Assembly (NCBI GenBank): GCA_039934055.1
Contig: JBDTMX010000102.1
Span: 1-40,442, forward strand
DNA length: 40,442 bases
Direction of reading: 5' to 3'
Source of the DNA: Sphingomicrobium sp.
Lineage (GTDB): Bacteria; Pseudomonadota; Alphaproteobacteria; Sphingomonadales; Sphingomonadaceae
Shown here: positions 19,546 to 30,276 of the stretch, piece by piece
Numbering within the stretch: position 1 is the first letter of the stretch
Layout of the letters: each line of letters opens with the position of its first letter
Notes under the pieces: generated by a model
Database searches by the model: none
What the model was told of the DNA's origin: nothing
The model's input: only the letters and a program-made list of their open reading frames with translations
Made by a program: the position numbers and the translations under genes

Positions 19546-19802
19546 ACCTCTACGCATTCCTGTCCGGAGTGGCGACCATGGGCTTCGTCATCGCCGGCCT
19601 GTTCTTCCTGCGATTCTGGCGCCGGACCGGGGACAGCCTGTTTGCGGCCTTTGCCGCCGCGTTCTGGCTGCTGGGAGCGAACCAGGCCCTTCTCGTCCTG
19701 ACCAATGTCACCATGGAAGAGCGAAGCTGGCTCTACCTTCTGCGTCTGGCCGCGTTTTGCCTCATCATCCTGACCGTCGGATTGAAGAACAAGCGGGCGT
19801 GA
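19542..19802 (+). CDS. Small 3-TM membrane protein (resembles the DUF5985 family)
   Basis: ATGA overlap with the previous gene. FLSG...[19 protein letters not shown]...YLLRLAAF..I...KN. Confidence 0.78.
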   Translation: MNLYAFLSGVATMGFVIAGLFFLRFWRRTGDSLFAAFAAAFWLLGANQALLVLTNVTMEERSWLYLLRLAAFCLIILTVGLKNKRA

Positions 19803-19939
19803 GTGCCCGCATCCGTTCGGAAGCGGGATTTGCGCGGAAGAGAATCGGGACTGCCCAACTCCTCGCCGCCGGGGCTTCCCACGCGAGTCCCGCCGCGATA
19901 TCAGGCCGCGCTGATTCACTCCGTTCCCAAGAAGGTTTC

Positions 19940-21097
19940 ATGGCCATCACGATTTCGAGCGCGTTCGACGCGGGCAACATCCGCGTCGTCAAAGTGGACG
20001 GCGACCAGGTCGACCTGGAGATCGTCAAGGATCACAAGTCCGACTTCTACCAATGGTTTCACTTCCGCCTCGCTGGCGCGGCCGGCCGCGAAGTCACGCT
20101 GCGCATCGTCAATTGCGGCGCCTCGGCTTACCCGCACGGCTGGCCGGATTACCGCGCCTGCCTGTCGATCGACCGCGAGGAATGGGTGCGGGTCGCCGGC
20201 ACCAGCTACGCCGACGGCGTGCTGACGATGAAGCTGACGCCGCCGACCGATTGCGTATGGCTCGCATACTTCGCGCCTTACTCGATGGAGCGGCACCACG
20301 ATCTGGTCACCGCCATCGCCGGGCAGGAGGGCGTCGGCTACGCGTCGCTCGGCAAGTCGCTGGATGGCCAGGACATCGACTGCCTGACCATCGGCGAGGG
20401 CGACCTCAAGGTCTGGCTCTACGCCCGCCAGCACCCCGGCGAGACCATGGCCGAATGGTGGATGGAAGGCGCGCTCGAGAAATTGTGCGACCCCGACGAC
20501 CCGATCGCTCGGGTGTTGGGCCGCGAATGCACCTTCCGCGTCGTTCCCAACATGAACCCCGACGGGTCGCGCCGCGGCCACCTCCGGACCAACGCCGCCG
20601 GCGTCAACCTCAACCGCGAGTGGCATGCGCCGAGCGCCGACAAGAGCCCCGAAGTGCTGTGCGTCCGCAATGCGATGGACGAGAGCGGCGTCGATTTCGC
20701 GATGGACATCCACGGCGACGAGGCGATCCCGGCCAACTTCCTCGCCGGCTTCGAAGGCATTCCGTCGCTCACCGAGCGGCAGAGCAAGCTGTTCAAATTG
20801 TTCAGCGATACATTGGAGCGCCTTTCGCCCGACTTCCAGACCGCCAAAGGGTATGAAACTCCGCCTCCCGGACAGGCCAATATGTCGATGTCGACGACCC
20901 AGCTGGCGGAGCGCTACGGCTGCGTGTCGATGACGCTGGAAATGCCGTTCAAGGATAATTTCAACTTGCCGGACCCGGTCTATGGCTGGTCGCCGCAGCG
21001 CTCGAAATATCTCGCCGCGGCGTGCCTCGATGCGCTCCACGCGATCTTGCCGGAGCTCAAGGCCGAGATCAAAGGCGGGAAACGCAAGGCCGCCTGA
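19940..21097 (+). CDS. M14-type cytosolic zinc carboxypeptidase
   Basis: [39 protein letters not shown]. Confidence 0.92.
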   Translation: MAITISSAFDAGNIRVVKVDGDQVDLEIVKDHKSDFYQWFHFRLAGAAGREVTLRIVNCGASAYPHGWPDYRACLSIDREEWVRVAGTSYADGVLTMKLTPPTDCVWLAYFAPYSMERHHDLVTAIAGQEGVGYASLGKSLDGQDIDCLTIGEGDLKVWLYARQHPGETMAEWWMEGALEKLCDPDDPIARVLGRECTFRVVPNMNPDGSRRGHLRTNAAGVNLNREWHAPSADKSPEVLCVRNAMDESGVDFAMDIHGDEAIPANFLAGFEGIPSLTERQSKLFKLFSDTLERLSPDFQTAKGYETPPPGQANMSMSTTQLAERYGCVSMTLEMPFKDNFNLPDPVYGWSPQRSKYLAAACLDALHAILPELKAEIKGGKRKAA

Positions 21098-21786
21098 TGC
21101 CAACCCTGGTCCTCCTGCGGCACGGCCAATCCCAGTGGAACCTCGAAAACCGCTTCACCGGCTGGTGGGACGTCGACTTGAGCGAGCAGGGCGTCGCCGA
21201 GGCGCGGGCGGCAGGCAAATTGCTCAAGGACCGCGGTCTCGACTTCGACCGCTGCTTCACCAGCGTGCTGACGCGCGCGATCCGGACGCTCGACCTGGTG
21301 CTCGACGCGATGGACCGGATGTGGCTCCCGGTCGCCAAGGACTGGCACCTCAATGAACGCCACTATGGCGCGCTGACCGGCCACAACAAGGCGGAGATGA
21401 TCGCCAAGGTCGGAGACGAGCAAGTGCAGGTCTGGCGGCGCTCGTTCGACATCGCCCCGCCGCCGCTGCCGGCCGGCAGCCCGTACGATGTTGCCGGCGA
21501 CCGCCGCTATGCCGGGATCGATGTGCCGCGCGCCGAGAGCCTCAAGGACACCATTGCGCGGGCGCTGCCTTATTACGAAGCCGAGATCGCGCCAGCATTG
21601 CGCGCCGGCGAGCGGGTGATCGTTTCCGCCCACGGCAATTCGCTGCGGGCACTGGAAAAGCACCTGTCGGGCATCGGCGACGAGGCCATCGTCAGCCTCG
21701 AGATCCCGACCGGCGAGCCGATCGTTTTTGAGCTCGCCGACGATTTGACCGTCCGCGACCGTTATTATCTGGCTGAACGCGCTTAG
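21097..21786 (+). CDS. gpmA: 2,3-bisphosphoglycerate-dependent phosphoglycerate mutase
   Basis: [30 protein letters not shown] coupling to the upstream gene. Confidence 0.97.
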   Translation: MPTLVLLRHGQSQWNLENRFTGWWDVDLSEQGVAEARAAGKLLKDRGLDFDRCFTSVLTRAIRTLDLVLDAMDRMWLPVAKDWHLNERHYGALTGHNKAEMIAKVGDEQVQVWRRSFDIAPPPLPAGSPYDVAGDRRYAGIDVPRAESLKDTIARALPYYEAEIAPALRAGERVIVSAHGNSLRALEKHLSGIGDEAIVSLEIPTGEPIVFELADDLTVRDRYYLAERA

Positions 21787-21822
21787 GCTGCTGCAGCGGC
21801 AGCTTGAACGCCGCTCTCGCGG

Positions 21823-22437
21823 CTACGCTGCCGCTTTTTTCCGGTACATCGCCTCGTCGGCGCGATCCATGACCGCTTCCGCGTCATCGTCCGCGGCGAT
21901 GATGCCGACGCCGATCGCCACGCTCAGCGGCAGCGGAGCGCCCTCGTGGCTGAATTCGCAGGCGGCGATGCGCTCAATCAGCCGAGTCGCGGTTTCGGCC
22001 GCGATCGCCTCGTCGGCGTGCTCGAGCAAGATGCCGAATTCGTCACCGCCTAGCCGCGCCACGCAGTCGCCGCTGCGCACCCCGCTGACCAGCATCTCGG
22101 AAACGCGGATCAGCGCTTCGTCGCCGGCGTGGTGGCCATGCTGGTCGTTGATTCCCTTGAGGCCGTCGATGTCGACGAACAGCATCGCCCCGTGGTCGCC
22201 GTAGCGCTTTACGCGAGCGATCAGCGCTTCCAATTGGCGCATGAAGCCGCGGCGGTTGGGCAGGCCGATCAGCGGGTCGAGATGGGCGAGTTGGTCGAGC
22301 TGCTGGACCTGGGACTCCAGCTTGGCGATCTCGTTGCGCAACCGCGCGATCTCGCTCATCAGCCCCTCGGTGCTGGAAATATCGTGAAGCGGATCTTCCA
22401 TCATCGCCGCGTAATGCGAGTCCCCCGCCTCGACCAT
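21823..22437 (-). CDS. Diguanylate cyclase (coiled coil plus GGDEF)
   Basis: DPLIGLPNRR, DIDGLKGIND.HGH..GD, I-site RSGD, active site GGDEF. Start may be 22437 or about 22404. Confidence 0.92.
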   Translation of the reverse strand: MVEAGDSHYAAMMEDPLHDISSTEGLMSEIARLRNEIAKLESQVQQLDQLAHLDPLIGLPNRRGFMRQLEALIARVKRYGDHGAMLFVDIDGLKGINDQHGHHAGDEALIRVSEMLVSGVRSGDCVARLGGDEFGILLEHADEAIAAETATRLIERIAACEFSHEGAPLPLSVAIGVGIIAADDDAEAVMDRADEAMYRKKAAA

Positions 22438-22572
22438 AGCGTGGATTCGCCGATCGGGAAATCCGTATCAATCAAGGACTAAGGCAAGGGGCGATTGCGC
22501 GCCTCCAATCATGTTCCTAAACGGCGCGACTTGCGTTCCTCTGGGCATCGGCCTTCGAACAACTTAGGAAGA

Positions 22573-23058
22573 ATGATGAGCGAGCCGCCGGTCGGGATCA
22601 TCATGGGTAGCCGCTCCGACTGGGAGACGATGCGCCACGCCGCCGAGACGCTCGAGGCGCTCGGGGTCGCGCATGAGGTCAAGATCGTTTCCGCCCATCG
22701 CACGCCCAAGCGCCTCGTGGATTATGCGGCGGCGGCCAAGGGGCGCGGGCTCAAGCTGATCATCGCCGGCGCCGGCGGCGCCGCGCATCTGCCCGGCATG
22801 ACCGCGTCGATGACCCCATTGCCCGTGCTCGGGGTGCCGATCGAGACCGCGGCACTGAAGGGGATCGATAGCCTGCTGTCGATCGTCCAGATGCCCGCGG
22901 GCGTGCCGGTCGGGACCCTGGCGATCGGCAAAGCCGGGGCGATCAACGCCGCGCTGCTCGCTGCCGCGATCCTCGCCAATGGCGACGAGCAGCTTGCCGC
23001 GCGCCTCGATGCCTATCGCGAAGCCCAGACCGGCTCGGTCGCCGAATCCCCCGAATGA
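22573..23058 (+). CDS. purE: N5-carboxyaminoimidazole ribonucleotide mutase
   Basis: [38 protein letters not shown]. Confidence 0.97.
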   Translation: MMSEPPVGIIMGSRSDWETMRHAAETLEALGVAHEVKIVSAHRTPKRLVDYAAAAKGRGLKLIIAGAGGAAHLPGMTASMTPLPVLGVPIETAALKGIDSLLSIVQMPAGVPVGTLAIGKAGAINAALLAAAILANGDEQLAARLDAYREAQTGSVAESPE

Positions 23059-24131
23059 TCGTCCCGCCGGGGTCTACCATCGGTATCGTCGGCGGCGGCC
23101 AGCTCGGCCGGATGCTGGCCATCGCCGCGGCGCAGCTCGGTTATCGCTGCCACGTCTTCGCGCCCGACCAGGCGCCGTGCGCGGCAGCGGTCGCCGCGCA
23201 GCACACGCGCGCCGCGTACGACGATGGCGAAGCGCTCGCCAGCTTCGCCGCGGCGGTCGATGTCGTCACTTATGAATTCGAGAATTTGCCGGTCGCTCAG
23301 CTTGCCGCGCTCGGGCCGAAGATGCGCCCGGGGACTCGATCGCTCGCCAGCGCGCAGGATCGGGCGATTGAAAAGGATTTTGTCGCCGGCGTCGGCGGGC
23401 GGGTGGCGCCATGGCGGACGGTCGATGACGCAAGCGACGTCGAGGCGGCAATCGCCGCGCTCGGTCTCCCGCTGGTGCTCAAGAGCCGGCGGTTCGGGTA
23501 CGACGGCAAGGGCCAGGCCTGGGTTCGCGATGCCGCCGAAGCGCGCGCAGCCTGGGAATCGATCGGCGCGCCCACCGGAATTGCCGAAGCCGCGATCGAC
23601 TATCTCGCCGAATTCTCGGTGCTGCTGGCGCGAACCGAGGACGGCGACAGCGCGGTGTGGGACAGCCCGCGCAACACCCACGAAAGCGGGATCCTGCGCC
23701 GGTCCGAGCTGCCTGCGGGCGATCCGATCGACAGCCAGGTCGAGCAAGCCAAAGCGATCGCCGTCGGCATCGCCGATGCGCTGGGGCATATCGGCGTGCT
23801 GGCCGTCGAATTCTTCGCCCTTGATCTATCGAATGGCGCCGATGGCCCGCTGGTCAACGAGATCGCGCCGCGGGTTCACAACAGCGGGCACTGGACGATC
23901 GAGGGTGCCGAGACCTCACAGTTCGAGCAGCACATCCGCGCGGTGTGCGGGCTTCCGCTGGGATCGACCAAGCGTACGGCAGCGCGCGTGTCGATGGAAA
24001 ATCTGATCGGGAATGAAACCAACGACTGGGCTGCGCCGGTCGCCGAGCCGGGCGCCCACCTCCACCTCTACGGCAAGGGCGATCCCCGCCCCGGCCGCAA
24101 GATGGGCCACATCACCCGGCTGAGCGACTGA
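23055..24131 (+). CDS. purK: N5-carboxyaminoimidazole ribonucleotide synthase
   Basis: [42 protein letters not shown] overlap with purE. Confidence 0.97.
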   Translation: MIVPPGSTIGIVGGGQLGRMLAIAAAQLGYRCHVFAPDQAPCAAAVAAQHTRAAYDDGEALASFAAAVDVVTYEFENLPVAQLAALGPKMRPGTRSLASAQDRAIEKDFVAGVGGRVAPWRTVDDASDVEAAIAALGLPLVLKSRRFGYDGKGQAWVRDAAEARAAWESIGAPTGIAEAAIDYLAEFSVLLARTEDGDSAVWDSPRNTHESGILRRSELPAGDPIDSQVEQAKAIAVGIADALGHIGVLAVEFFALDLSNGADGPLVNEIAPRVHNSGHWTIEGAETSQFEQHIRAVCGLPLGSTKRTAARVSMENLIGNETNDWAAPVAEPGAHLHLYGKGDPRPGRKMGHITRLSD

Positions 24132-24140
24132 CGCCTTCGA

Positions 24141-26936
24141 TCACTTCGGCTCGACGACCTCGATCGGCAGGCCGAGCTTGTCGAGCTGCGGGCGGATCTT
24201 GGCGGCGTCGCCGACCACCACCCAGACGAAGCCCTTGGGGTCGATCGCCTGCCGCGCGGCGCGGTCGAGCGACGCAACGGTCTGCGCGCGGTAGCGGGCG
24301 GGCAGGCCCTCGTAATAATTGTCGGGGCGCCCGAGCAAATCGTTGCGCATCATCGCCTGGAGCAATGCCCCGGAGGTTTCGAACTCTCCCGGAAGCCCGT
24401 TGACGAGATTGGTGACATTGCCTTCGAGCTCGTCCTGGCTGACGCCCTTGGTCGACAGGAATTCGGCGATGTCGCCGTTGAGCGCGGCCAGCGATTCGCC
24501 GGTGCGATCCGACTGCACCGGCGCCGAGACCGTGTAAGCGACGGCGTTGGCGAGCTGGTTGGGATTGCCGCTGACGCCGTACGACCAGCCCTTGGTCTCG
24601 CGCAGGTCCATGTTGAGCCGCGACAGGAAGTCCCCGCCGAGGACCTGGTTGGCCGTGTACAGGGGAACCGTGTCGCCGCGCGGGTCGAGCGGCAGCAGCT
24701 GGCCGCCGGTGATGGTCGACTGCGGCGCGCCCGGGCGGTCGATCAGCAGGATGCGCTGGGCGGCCGGGCGCGGGGTCGGCGTTGGAAACGCCTTGACGCC
24801 CTTGGCGGCGGCGGCCGGCGTCCAGCTGCCGAAGCGGCTTTCCAGCGCCGCGCTGATCTCGGCCAGCGGCCGGTCCGAGACGATGAAGATCTTGAGGTTG
24901 TCGGGCCTCAGCCAGCGCTGCTGGAAGCCGACCAGATCGTCGCGGGTCAGCTTCGCCACCGCCTGCGGATCGCCCCCAGCAGGGGCGCCATAGGGATGGG
25001 CCGGACCGTAGATCGCCGCCGGCAGCACGCGTTGGCCGACGCGCGTCGGATCCTTCATCATCTGCGCGATGCCGGTCAGCGACTGAGTCCGGACACGGTC
25101 GAGATCGGTGGGGGCGAAGGCCGGGTGTTCGGCGACTTCGGCCAACAGGTCGAGCGACTGCGGCAGGTTGGGCGACAGCGCCGACAGCACGACATTGGTG
25201 CGATCGGACGAGTTGCCGGTCGAGATTTGGGCACCCAGGCGCTCTTCGGCTTCGGCCAGCTGCTGCGACGTGTAGCTGGCCGTGCCTTCGTCGAGCATCG
25301 CGGTGGTGACGCCGGCAAGACCGCGCTGGGTGGTGGGATCGGCGGCTGAGCCGGCGTCGAACGCCAGTGCGACCTGGGTCAGCGGCACCGCCGTGCGCTG
25401 CGCGTAAACCACCGGAATGCCGTTCGCCAAAGTCGCGTGGGTGATCGCCGGCCACTGGAGCGCCGACAGCTGGCCGAGCGGCGGCAGCGGGCGGGTCGGC
25501 TTGGCGGCAACCGCTTCCGCCTTCCCGGGCGGCGGAGCGGCGGCGACCGCCTTGGACTCGGCGTAGGCGTCGCGCTGGCCGGGCGACAAGGTGATTGTCA
25601 GCGGCGGGCGGCGCAGCCAGCGCTGCATCGCCGTGCGCACCGCGCCGGGCGTGATCGACGCGTAGGACGCCAGCGTCTTTTTGTAGAAATTGCTGTCGCC
25701 GGCGAACGTCTGCCCTTCGGCCAGCGAGTTGGCCTTGCCGCCGAAGTCGCCGACCTGCTCGAGGCTGTGGATGCGCGACGACACCTCGCTCATCACCGCG
25801 CGCTCGACTTCATCGGCGCTCGGTCCCTGGGCGATATAGTCGGCCATGATCTGGTCGAGCCGGCGCGACACCAGCGCCGGGTCGGTGCCCGGCTTGACCA
25901 CCGCCGTCACCGAGAAGATCCCGGCCCGCTGCAGCGGGATCAGCTGCGCGCTGACCGCGACCGCCGTCTTCTCGTCGCGGACGAGGATCTTGTCGAGCCG
26001 CGAGCTCGCCAGGCCGCCAAGGACCGAGCCGCCGACATCGAGCGCCGCTAGCTGCCGGTCGAGCAGCCCGGGCACCGCCCAGTAGCGCTGGATGACGGTC
26101 GCCGCGACCTGGTCCTTGAGCGCCACCTGCCGCGCCGCCGCAAGCGTCGGGACATTGGCCATGGCCGGATGATTGACGGGGCCGCGCGGGATCGCGCCGA
26201 AATACTTCTGGACCAGCGGCCGCGCGCGGGCGGCGGTGACGTCGCCGGCGATCACCAGCACGGCATTGTTGGGGCCGTATTTGTCGCGGAACCATTGCTT
26301 GACGTCGGCCAGGCTGGCGGCATCGAGGTCGGCCATCGAGCCGATCGTGGTGTGGTGATACGGATGCCCCGCCGGGAACAGGTTCTCGAACAATGCATAT
26401 TGGGCGAGCCCGCCCGGCCGGCTGTCGTTCTGGCGCTTCTCGTTCTGAACCACCGCGCGCTGATTGTTGAGCACTTCCGGAGTGATCGCGCCGAGCAGAT
26501 GGCCCATGCGGTCCGATTCCATGAACAGCGCCCGCTCGAGCGCGCCGGTCGGTACGGTCTCGAAGTAATTGGTGCGGTCGTAGGAGGTGGTGCCGTTGGT
26601 GTCGGTCGCCCCGACCTGCTGGAGATATTTGAAATAGTCGCCCGGCAGATTCTCCGAGCCGTTGAACATCAGATGCTCGAACAGATGGGCGAAGCCGGTC
26701 TTGTGGGCGGGCTCGTCCTTGGACCCGACATTGTACCACACGCTGACCGCGACCACCGGCGCCTTATGGTCTTCGTGGACCAGCACGGTGAGGCCGTTGG
26801 CGAGCTTAAACACGCTGTGCGGGATCGTCACTTCCTTGACCAGCGACGGGATCGGCACCGAAACCGGAGGCGCGGCGGCGAACGACGGCGCGGCGAAAGC
26901 GGTGGCTGCGAGAAGCAAAGCAAGGCGGTTGCGCAT
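24141..26936 (-). CDS. Exported M16 (pitrilysin-like) zinc protease
   Basis: Signal peptide, HLFEH inverted zinc motif, and a second inactive half with LRETKGWSYG. Likely start ATG 26936 (ORF open to 26954). Confidence 0.94.
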   Translation of the reverse strand: MRNRLALLLAATAFAAPSFAAAPPVSVPIPSLVKEVTIPHSVFKLANGLTVLVHEDHKAPVVAVSVWYNVGSKDEPAHKTGFAHLFEHLMFNGSENLPGDYFKYLQQVGATDTNGTTSYDRTNYFETVPTGALERALFMESDRMGHLLGAITPEVLNNQRAVVQNEKRQNDSRPGGLAQYALFENLFPAGHPYHHTTIGSMADLDAASLADVKQWFRDKYGPNNAVLVIAGDVTAARARPLVQKYFGAIPRGPVNHPAMANVPTLAAARQVALKDQVAATVIQRYWAVPGLLDRQLAALDVGGSVLGGLASSRLDKILVRDEKTAVAVSAQLIPLQRAGIFSVTAVVKPGTDPALVSRRLDQIMADYIAQGPSADEVERAVMSEVSSRIHSLEQVGDFGGKANSLAEGQTFAGDSNFYKKTLASYASITPGAVRTAMQRWLRRPPLTITLSPGQRDAYAESKAVAAAPPPGKAEAVAAKPTRPLPPLGQLSALQWPAITHATLANGIPVVYAQRTAVPLTQVALAFDAGSAADPTTQRGLAGVTTAMLDEGTASYTSQQLAEAEERLGAQISTGNSSDRTNVVLSALSPNLPQSLDLLAEVAEHPAFAPTDLDRVRTQSLTGIAQMMKDPTRVGQRVLPAAIYGPAHPYGAPAGGDPQAVAKLTRDDLVGFQQRWLRPDNLKIFIVSDRPLAEISAALESRFGSWTPAAAAKGVKAFPTPTPRPAAQRILLIDRPGAPQSTITGGQLLPLDPRGDTVPLYTANQVLGGDFLSRLNMDLRETKGWSYGVSGNPNQLANAVAYTVSAPVQSDRTGESLAALNGDIAEFLSTKGVSQDELEGNVTNLVNGLPGEFETSGALLQAMMRNDLLGRPDNYYEGLPARYRAQTVASLDRAARQAIDPKGFVWVVVGDAAKIRPQLDKLGLPIEVVEPK

Positions 26937-27099
26937 GATCGGAGGATATCCCAAAAAAATTCGCTGGATGAACTGCTTAAGCCCGGCTTGAGCCGAGGCA
27001 ACCAGAGACTGAAATCATCCGCCCATTTTTTCTACGAACGGCAGAATGTCAGCCGGCTGAACAGCACTAGCGACCAGGGATCGTCCTGGGCAAGGTCTG

Positions 27100-28080
27100 C
27101 TAGTTCGACGGCGCCAGCTTGGTGTTGAGGACCCAGCCGACATTGTCGTTCTCGTCCGCAACTTCCCACCACAAACCGTTCTTGTGACCCGTCGGATAGA
27201 CGACCGCGCCAGGCGGCAGGGTGCGGATGACCCTGGCGCCGGCGGCCGCGCTGACGCGCATCGCCACCGGGGCTTGCGCGGTGAAGGTCTTGCCGGGCGA
27301 GGCCTCGGCGGTCCCGGCGGCGCCCGCCGTCACCAGCCCCAAATCCATGACCATCTTCGAATAGGCCTGGATGAACGCCAGCGTGACGATGCGGCCGATG
27401 TCGGTGCTGTCATAGCCGCCGCCGACCAGGCCGGCGGCGCCGCCGAAGAAGCCCAGGCCGCCACCGCCGCCGAAGCTCATGCTGTTCTTGGCGGCATAGC
27501 CGTCCTGCACGGCGATGGTCTCCGTGGTCCGGACATTGGTCAGCGACAGCACGGTGTTGGCTTCCATCTTGCGGGTCTTGATCCCGCCCGCCAGCGCGCC
27601 GAACCGTCCCCCGACCAGGCCGCCGATCCCGGCGCCGACCGCGCTTCCGCCAGAATCACGGTCCGCCGCCTGGATTTCCGCGACCAGCACGTAGTCGGCC
27701 GCCTTGATCTGCCCCTGCCCGACGTTCGAGCGGCGCTGGAGACCGAGGTCACCGCTGATATCGCGTTCGCGCTGGGCTGCGCTCAGGCCCGAGCCGCGAT
27801 CGACCAAATTGAAGCACCCCGAGCGCTGGACCAGCACCTTCAACAGCTTTTGCGGCCCGGCCAGCTGGAACTGGGTCCAGCCCGACGGATCGTCGCCGTC
27901 CATCACCGACACCGTGCCCAGCTTGCGCACGCAATGCGGCACATCGTTCATCGTCGACTGCTGGAGCTGCTGCGCGCTCGACGGACCTGCCAGCCGCGGT
28001 GCCGCCGGCGCTTGCGCCGATGCCAGCAGCGCGGCCGAAGCGGCGAGCGCGCCGCAAACGCGTGTTTTATCGGAAAGCAT
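27100..28080 (-). CDS. CsgG/HfaB-like exported protein with a C-terminal SH3b domain
   Basis: QRSGCFNLVDRG.G....RER, GQIKAADY, Gly-rich segments, and a C-terminal R...VI..L..G......WW.V....GWV pattern. Confidence 0.78.
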   Translation of the reverse strand: MLSDKTRVCGALAASAALLASAQAPAAPRLAGPSSAQQLQQSTMNDVPHCVRKLGTVSVMDGDDPSGWTQFQLAGPQKLLKVLVQRSGCFNLVDRGSGLSAAQRERDISGDLGLQRRSNVGQGQIKAADYVLVAEIQAADRDSGGSAVGAGIGGLVGGRFGALAGGIKTRKMEANTVLSLTNVRTTETIAVQDGYAAKNSMSFGGGGGLGFFGGAAGLVGGGYDSTDIGRIVTLAFIQAYSKMVMDLGLVTAGAAGTAEASPGKTFTAQAPVAMRVSAAAGARVIRTLPPGAVVYPTGHKNGLWWEVADENDNVGWVLNTKLAPSN

Positions 28081-28171
28081 ATCGATTCCCCCGAGTCGGC
28101 TCCGTAACGAGGTAGCGCGAATCCATGATGCAGGGAACGCTCGGCAAACCCACTATCGCCGGGTCACAATG

Positions 28172-28657
28172 CTAGCTTTCCCAGATCTCACCCTCGGGCG
28201 CGCCGCGCTCGAGTTTGTCGGGCAGCGGGTCGCCGTTGGGCGTGAACTCCAGGCTCACCGAGTTGATGCAGTAGCGCTCGCCGGTCGGCGGCGGCCCGTC
28301 GGGAAAAACATGGCCCTGGTGCGCGCCGCAGCGGACGCAGACGATCTCGTCGCGGACCATGCCGTAGCTGGTGTCGCGAATATTGCGGAGATGGTCGTCC
28401 GAGAATGGCGAAGTGAAGCTTGGCCAGCCGGTACCGCTCTCGAACTTCTTGCCGCCATGGAACAGGGGCAGCCCGCACAGCCGGCAAGTGTACAGACCGA
28501 CGCGCTTTTCATCGAGGAAGACGCCGCAGAACGGCGCTTCGGTGCCATGCTCGAGCAGCACATGGCGTTCCTCGTTGCTGAGGTCGGCCTCGAGGCCGCG
28601 CAGCTGCTCCTCGCTCGGCGGGGTCAGGTCGAACCGCAATATTGTCGCCTCAGTCAT
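28172..28657 (-). CDS. msrB: Peptide-methionine (R)-S-oxide reductase
   Basis: GTEAPF, Cxx[33 protein letters not shown]. Confidence 0.97.
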   Translation of the reverse strand: MTEATILRFDLTPPSEEQLRGLEADLSNEERHVLLEHGTEAPFCGVFLDEKRVGLYTCRLCGLPLFHGGKKFESGTGWPSFTSPFSDDHLRNIRDTSYGMVRDEIVCVRCGAHQGHVFPDGPPPTGERYCINSVSLEFTPNGDPLPDKLERGAPEGEIWES

Positions 28658-28694
28658 GGTTTCTCCGGAAAATCACGTTTGGCGGAAGTGCCGC

Positions 28695-30101
28695 TCAGCG
28701 CCTCACCGACCGGAAGGTCTCGCGGAGATCTTCGGTCAGCAGCTGCGGCTGTTCCCAGGCGGCGAAGTGCGTCCCCTTGTCGTGGCTCTTGTAGAAGACC
28801 AGGTGGGGATAAGCGGCGCGCGCCCAGCTCTCGGGTGCCTGGTAGATCTCGTATTTGAACGCGCTGACGCCGGTCGGCAGCGGCACGCCGCGTGGATCGA
28901 AGAAGCCGCCCTTGCCGTTGCGGCTTTCCCAATACAGTCGCCCCGAAGACACCGCGGTATTGGTCAGCCAGTAGAGCGTGACATTGTCGAGAATGTCATC
29001 CCGCGTCAGGCCTTCGCTCGCCCCGTCGAAAACGCGGGCGATCAGCTCATAGCTCTGGATGTCATGGTCGAGCATCCAGGCGGCGAGGCCGGTCGGCGAA
29101 TCCGCGAGAGCATAAAGCGTCTGCGGCCGGTGGTTCATCTCGATCGCGTAGCCGAGCCCGTTGACATAGAATTCGGTCAACTGGTTCCAGGCGTGCTGCT
29201 CGTCGGGCGCAAGGTTGGGCGGCGGCGGGCCCGCGGGAAGCGCCTTGCTGATCGCTTCTGGAAGCGTCGCCGACATGTTGGTGTGGATCGCCAGCAATCC
29301 CGGCGGCTGCTGCAGTGCCATGACCTCGCTGATCGCATTGCCCCAGTCGCCGCCTTGGGCGACGTAGCGCGTGTAACCAAGCCGTTTCATCAGCACGTCC
29401 CAGGCGCGGCAAATGCGGGGCACATCCCAGCCGACCGCGGTCGGCTTGCCCGAAAAACCGTAGCCCGGGAGTGACGGGATAACGACGTCGAACGCGTCCG
29501 CCGCCGTCCCGCCGTGCGCGGTCGGATCGGTCAGCGGTCCGATGATCTTCAACTGCTCGATGATCGAACCAGGCCAGCCGTGAGTGATGATCATCGGCAG
29601 CGCGTTGGGGTGCTTCGACTTCACCTGGATGAAGTGGATATCCAGCCCATCGATGTTGGTTAGGAAATTGGGGTAGGAATTGATCTGCGCTTCGGCGCGG
29701 CGCCAATCGTGGTGGTTGGCCCAGTAATCGGCGAGCTTTTGCATCGTCGCCAGCCGCACGCCTTGCGTCGTGTCGTTGACGGTTTCGCGATCGGGCCATT
29801 TGGTCGCCTTGATGCGCCGCTTGAGGTCGGCGAGCTCGGCGTCCGACGCATGGTATTTGAACGGCCGGATCGACGTGTCGCCACTCGAATCACCCGTCGC
29901 GGCTGTCCCGATCACCGACGATTCCGCAACCGTCGCTGCCGACCCCGCCGAGTTCGTCGGCGAGAGCGTTTCCGTGCCCGATGCATGGGGTGATGTGCTT
30001 GCCGCGTGAGCGGAGCTCGCGGGGAGAATCGCCGCGATCGTTCCGACCAAGGTGGTGGCGAGAAAATGGCGCCTACCAATCAACGGAAGAATTCCGGACA
30101 T
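28695..30101 (-). CDS. Epoxide hydrolase (EHN plus alpha/beta hydrolase) with a twin-arginine signal peptide
   Basis: AGGAGG RBS before ATG 30101. GRRHFL signal, IRPF, HGWPGS, PSLPGYGFS, QGGDWG, HFAAWEQP. Confidence 0.92.
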   Translation of the reverse strand: MSGILPLIGRRHFLATTLVGTIAAILPASSAHAASTSPHASGTETLSPTNSAGSAATVAESSVIGTAATGDSSGDTSIRPFKYHASDAELADLKRRIKATKWPDRETVNDTTQGVRLATMQKLADYWANHHDWRRAEAQINSYPNFLTNIDGLDIHFIQVKSKHPNALPMIITHGWPGSIIEQLKIIGPLTDPTAHGGTAADAFDVVIPSLPGYGFSGKPTAVGWDVPRICRAWDVLMKRLGYTRYVAQGGDWGNAISEVMALQQPPGLLAIHTNMSATLPEAISKALPAGPPPPNLAPDEQHAWNQLTEFYVNGLGYAIEMNHRPQTLYALADSPTGLAAWMLDHDIQSYELIARVFDGASEGLTRDDILDNVTLYWLTNTAVSSGRLYWESRNGKGGFFDPRGVPLPTGVSAFKYEIYQAPESWARAAYPHLVFYKSHDKGTHFAAWEQPQLLTEDLRETFRSVRR

Positions 30102-30248
30102 GGTCAGCCTCCTGATTTGTGATTGCGGAATGACGCTCACATCACGCGGAAATCGGTCGCGGATAGTCTGGTGCGCAACGACACTGGCGGCCCGGCGGCG
30201 CCTCTGCGCCCGCCCGTGCGAGTCGGTCAAGTGGGCAGTGATTCCACG

Positions 30249-30276
30249 GTCCTTCAGCGGCCGCCAAGCGGGCGTT
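30249..30276. repeat. Possible degenerate third copy of the palindromic site
   Basis: GTCCTTC-AGCGGCCGCCAA-GCGGGC-GTT compared with GTCCGC-N12-GCGGAC-ATT. It overlaps the stop codon of the 30275 gene. Confidence 0.35.

Noticed and set aside
26977-26991. TTAA-N7-TTGA, a CtrA-box-like sequence upstream of the M16 protease
   Set aside because: It has one mismatch, is equally explained as a small hairpin, and has no supporting context.
28663-28687. CTCCGG-N13-GCGGAA between msrB and the epoxide hydrolase as a fourth palindromic site
   Set aside because: The spacing is wrong, the arms are mismatched, and the spacer is unrelated to copies 1 and 2.
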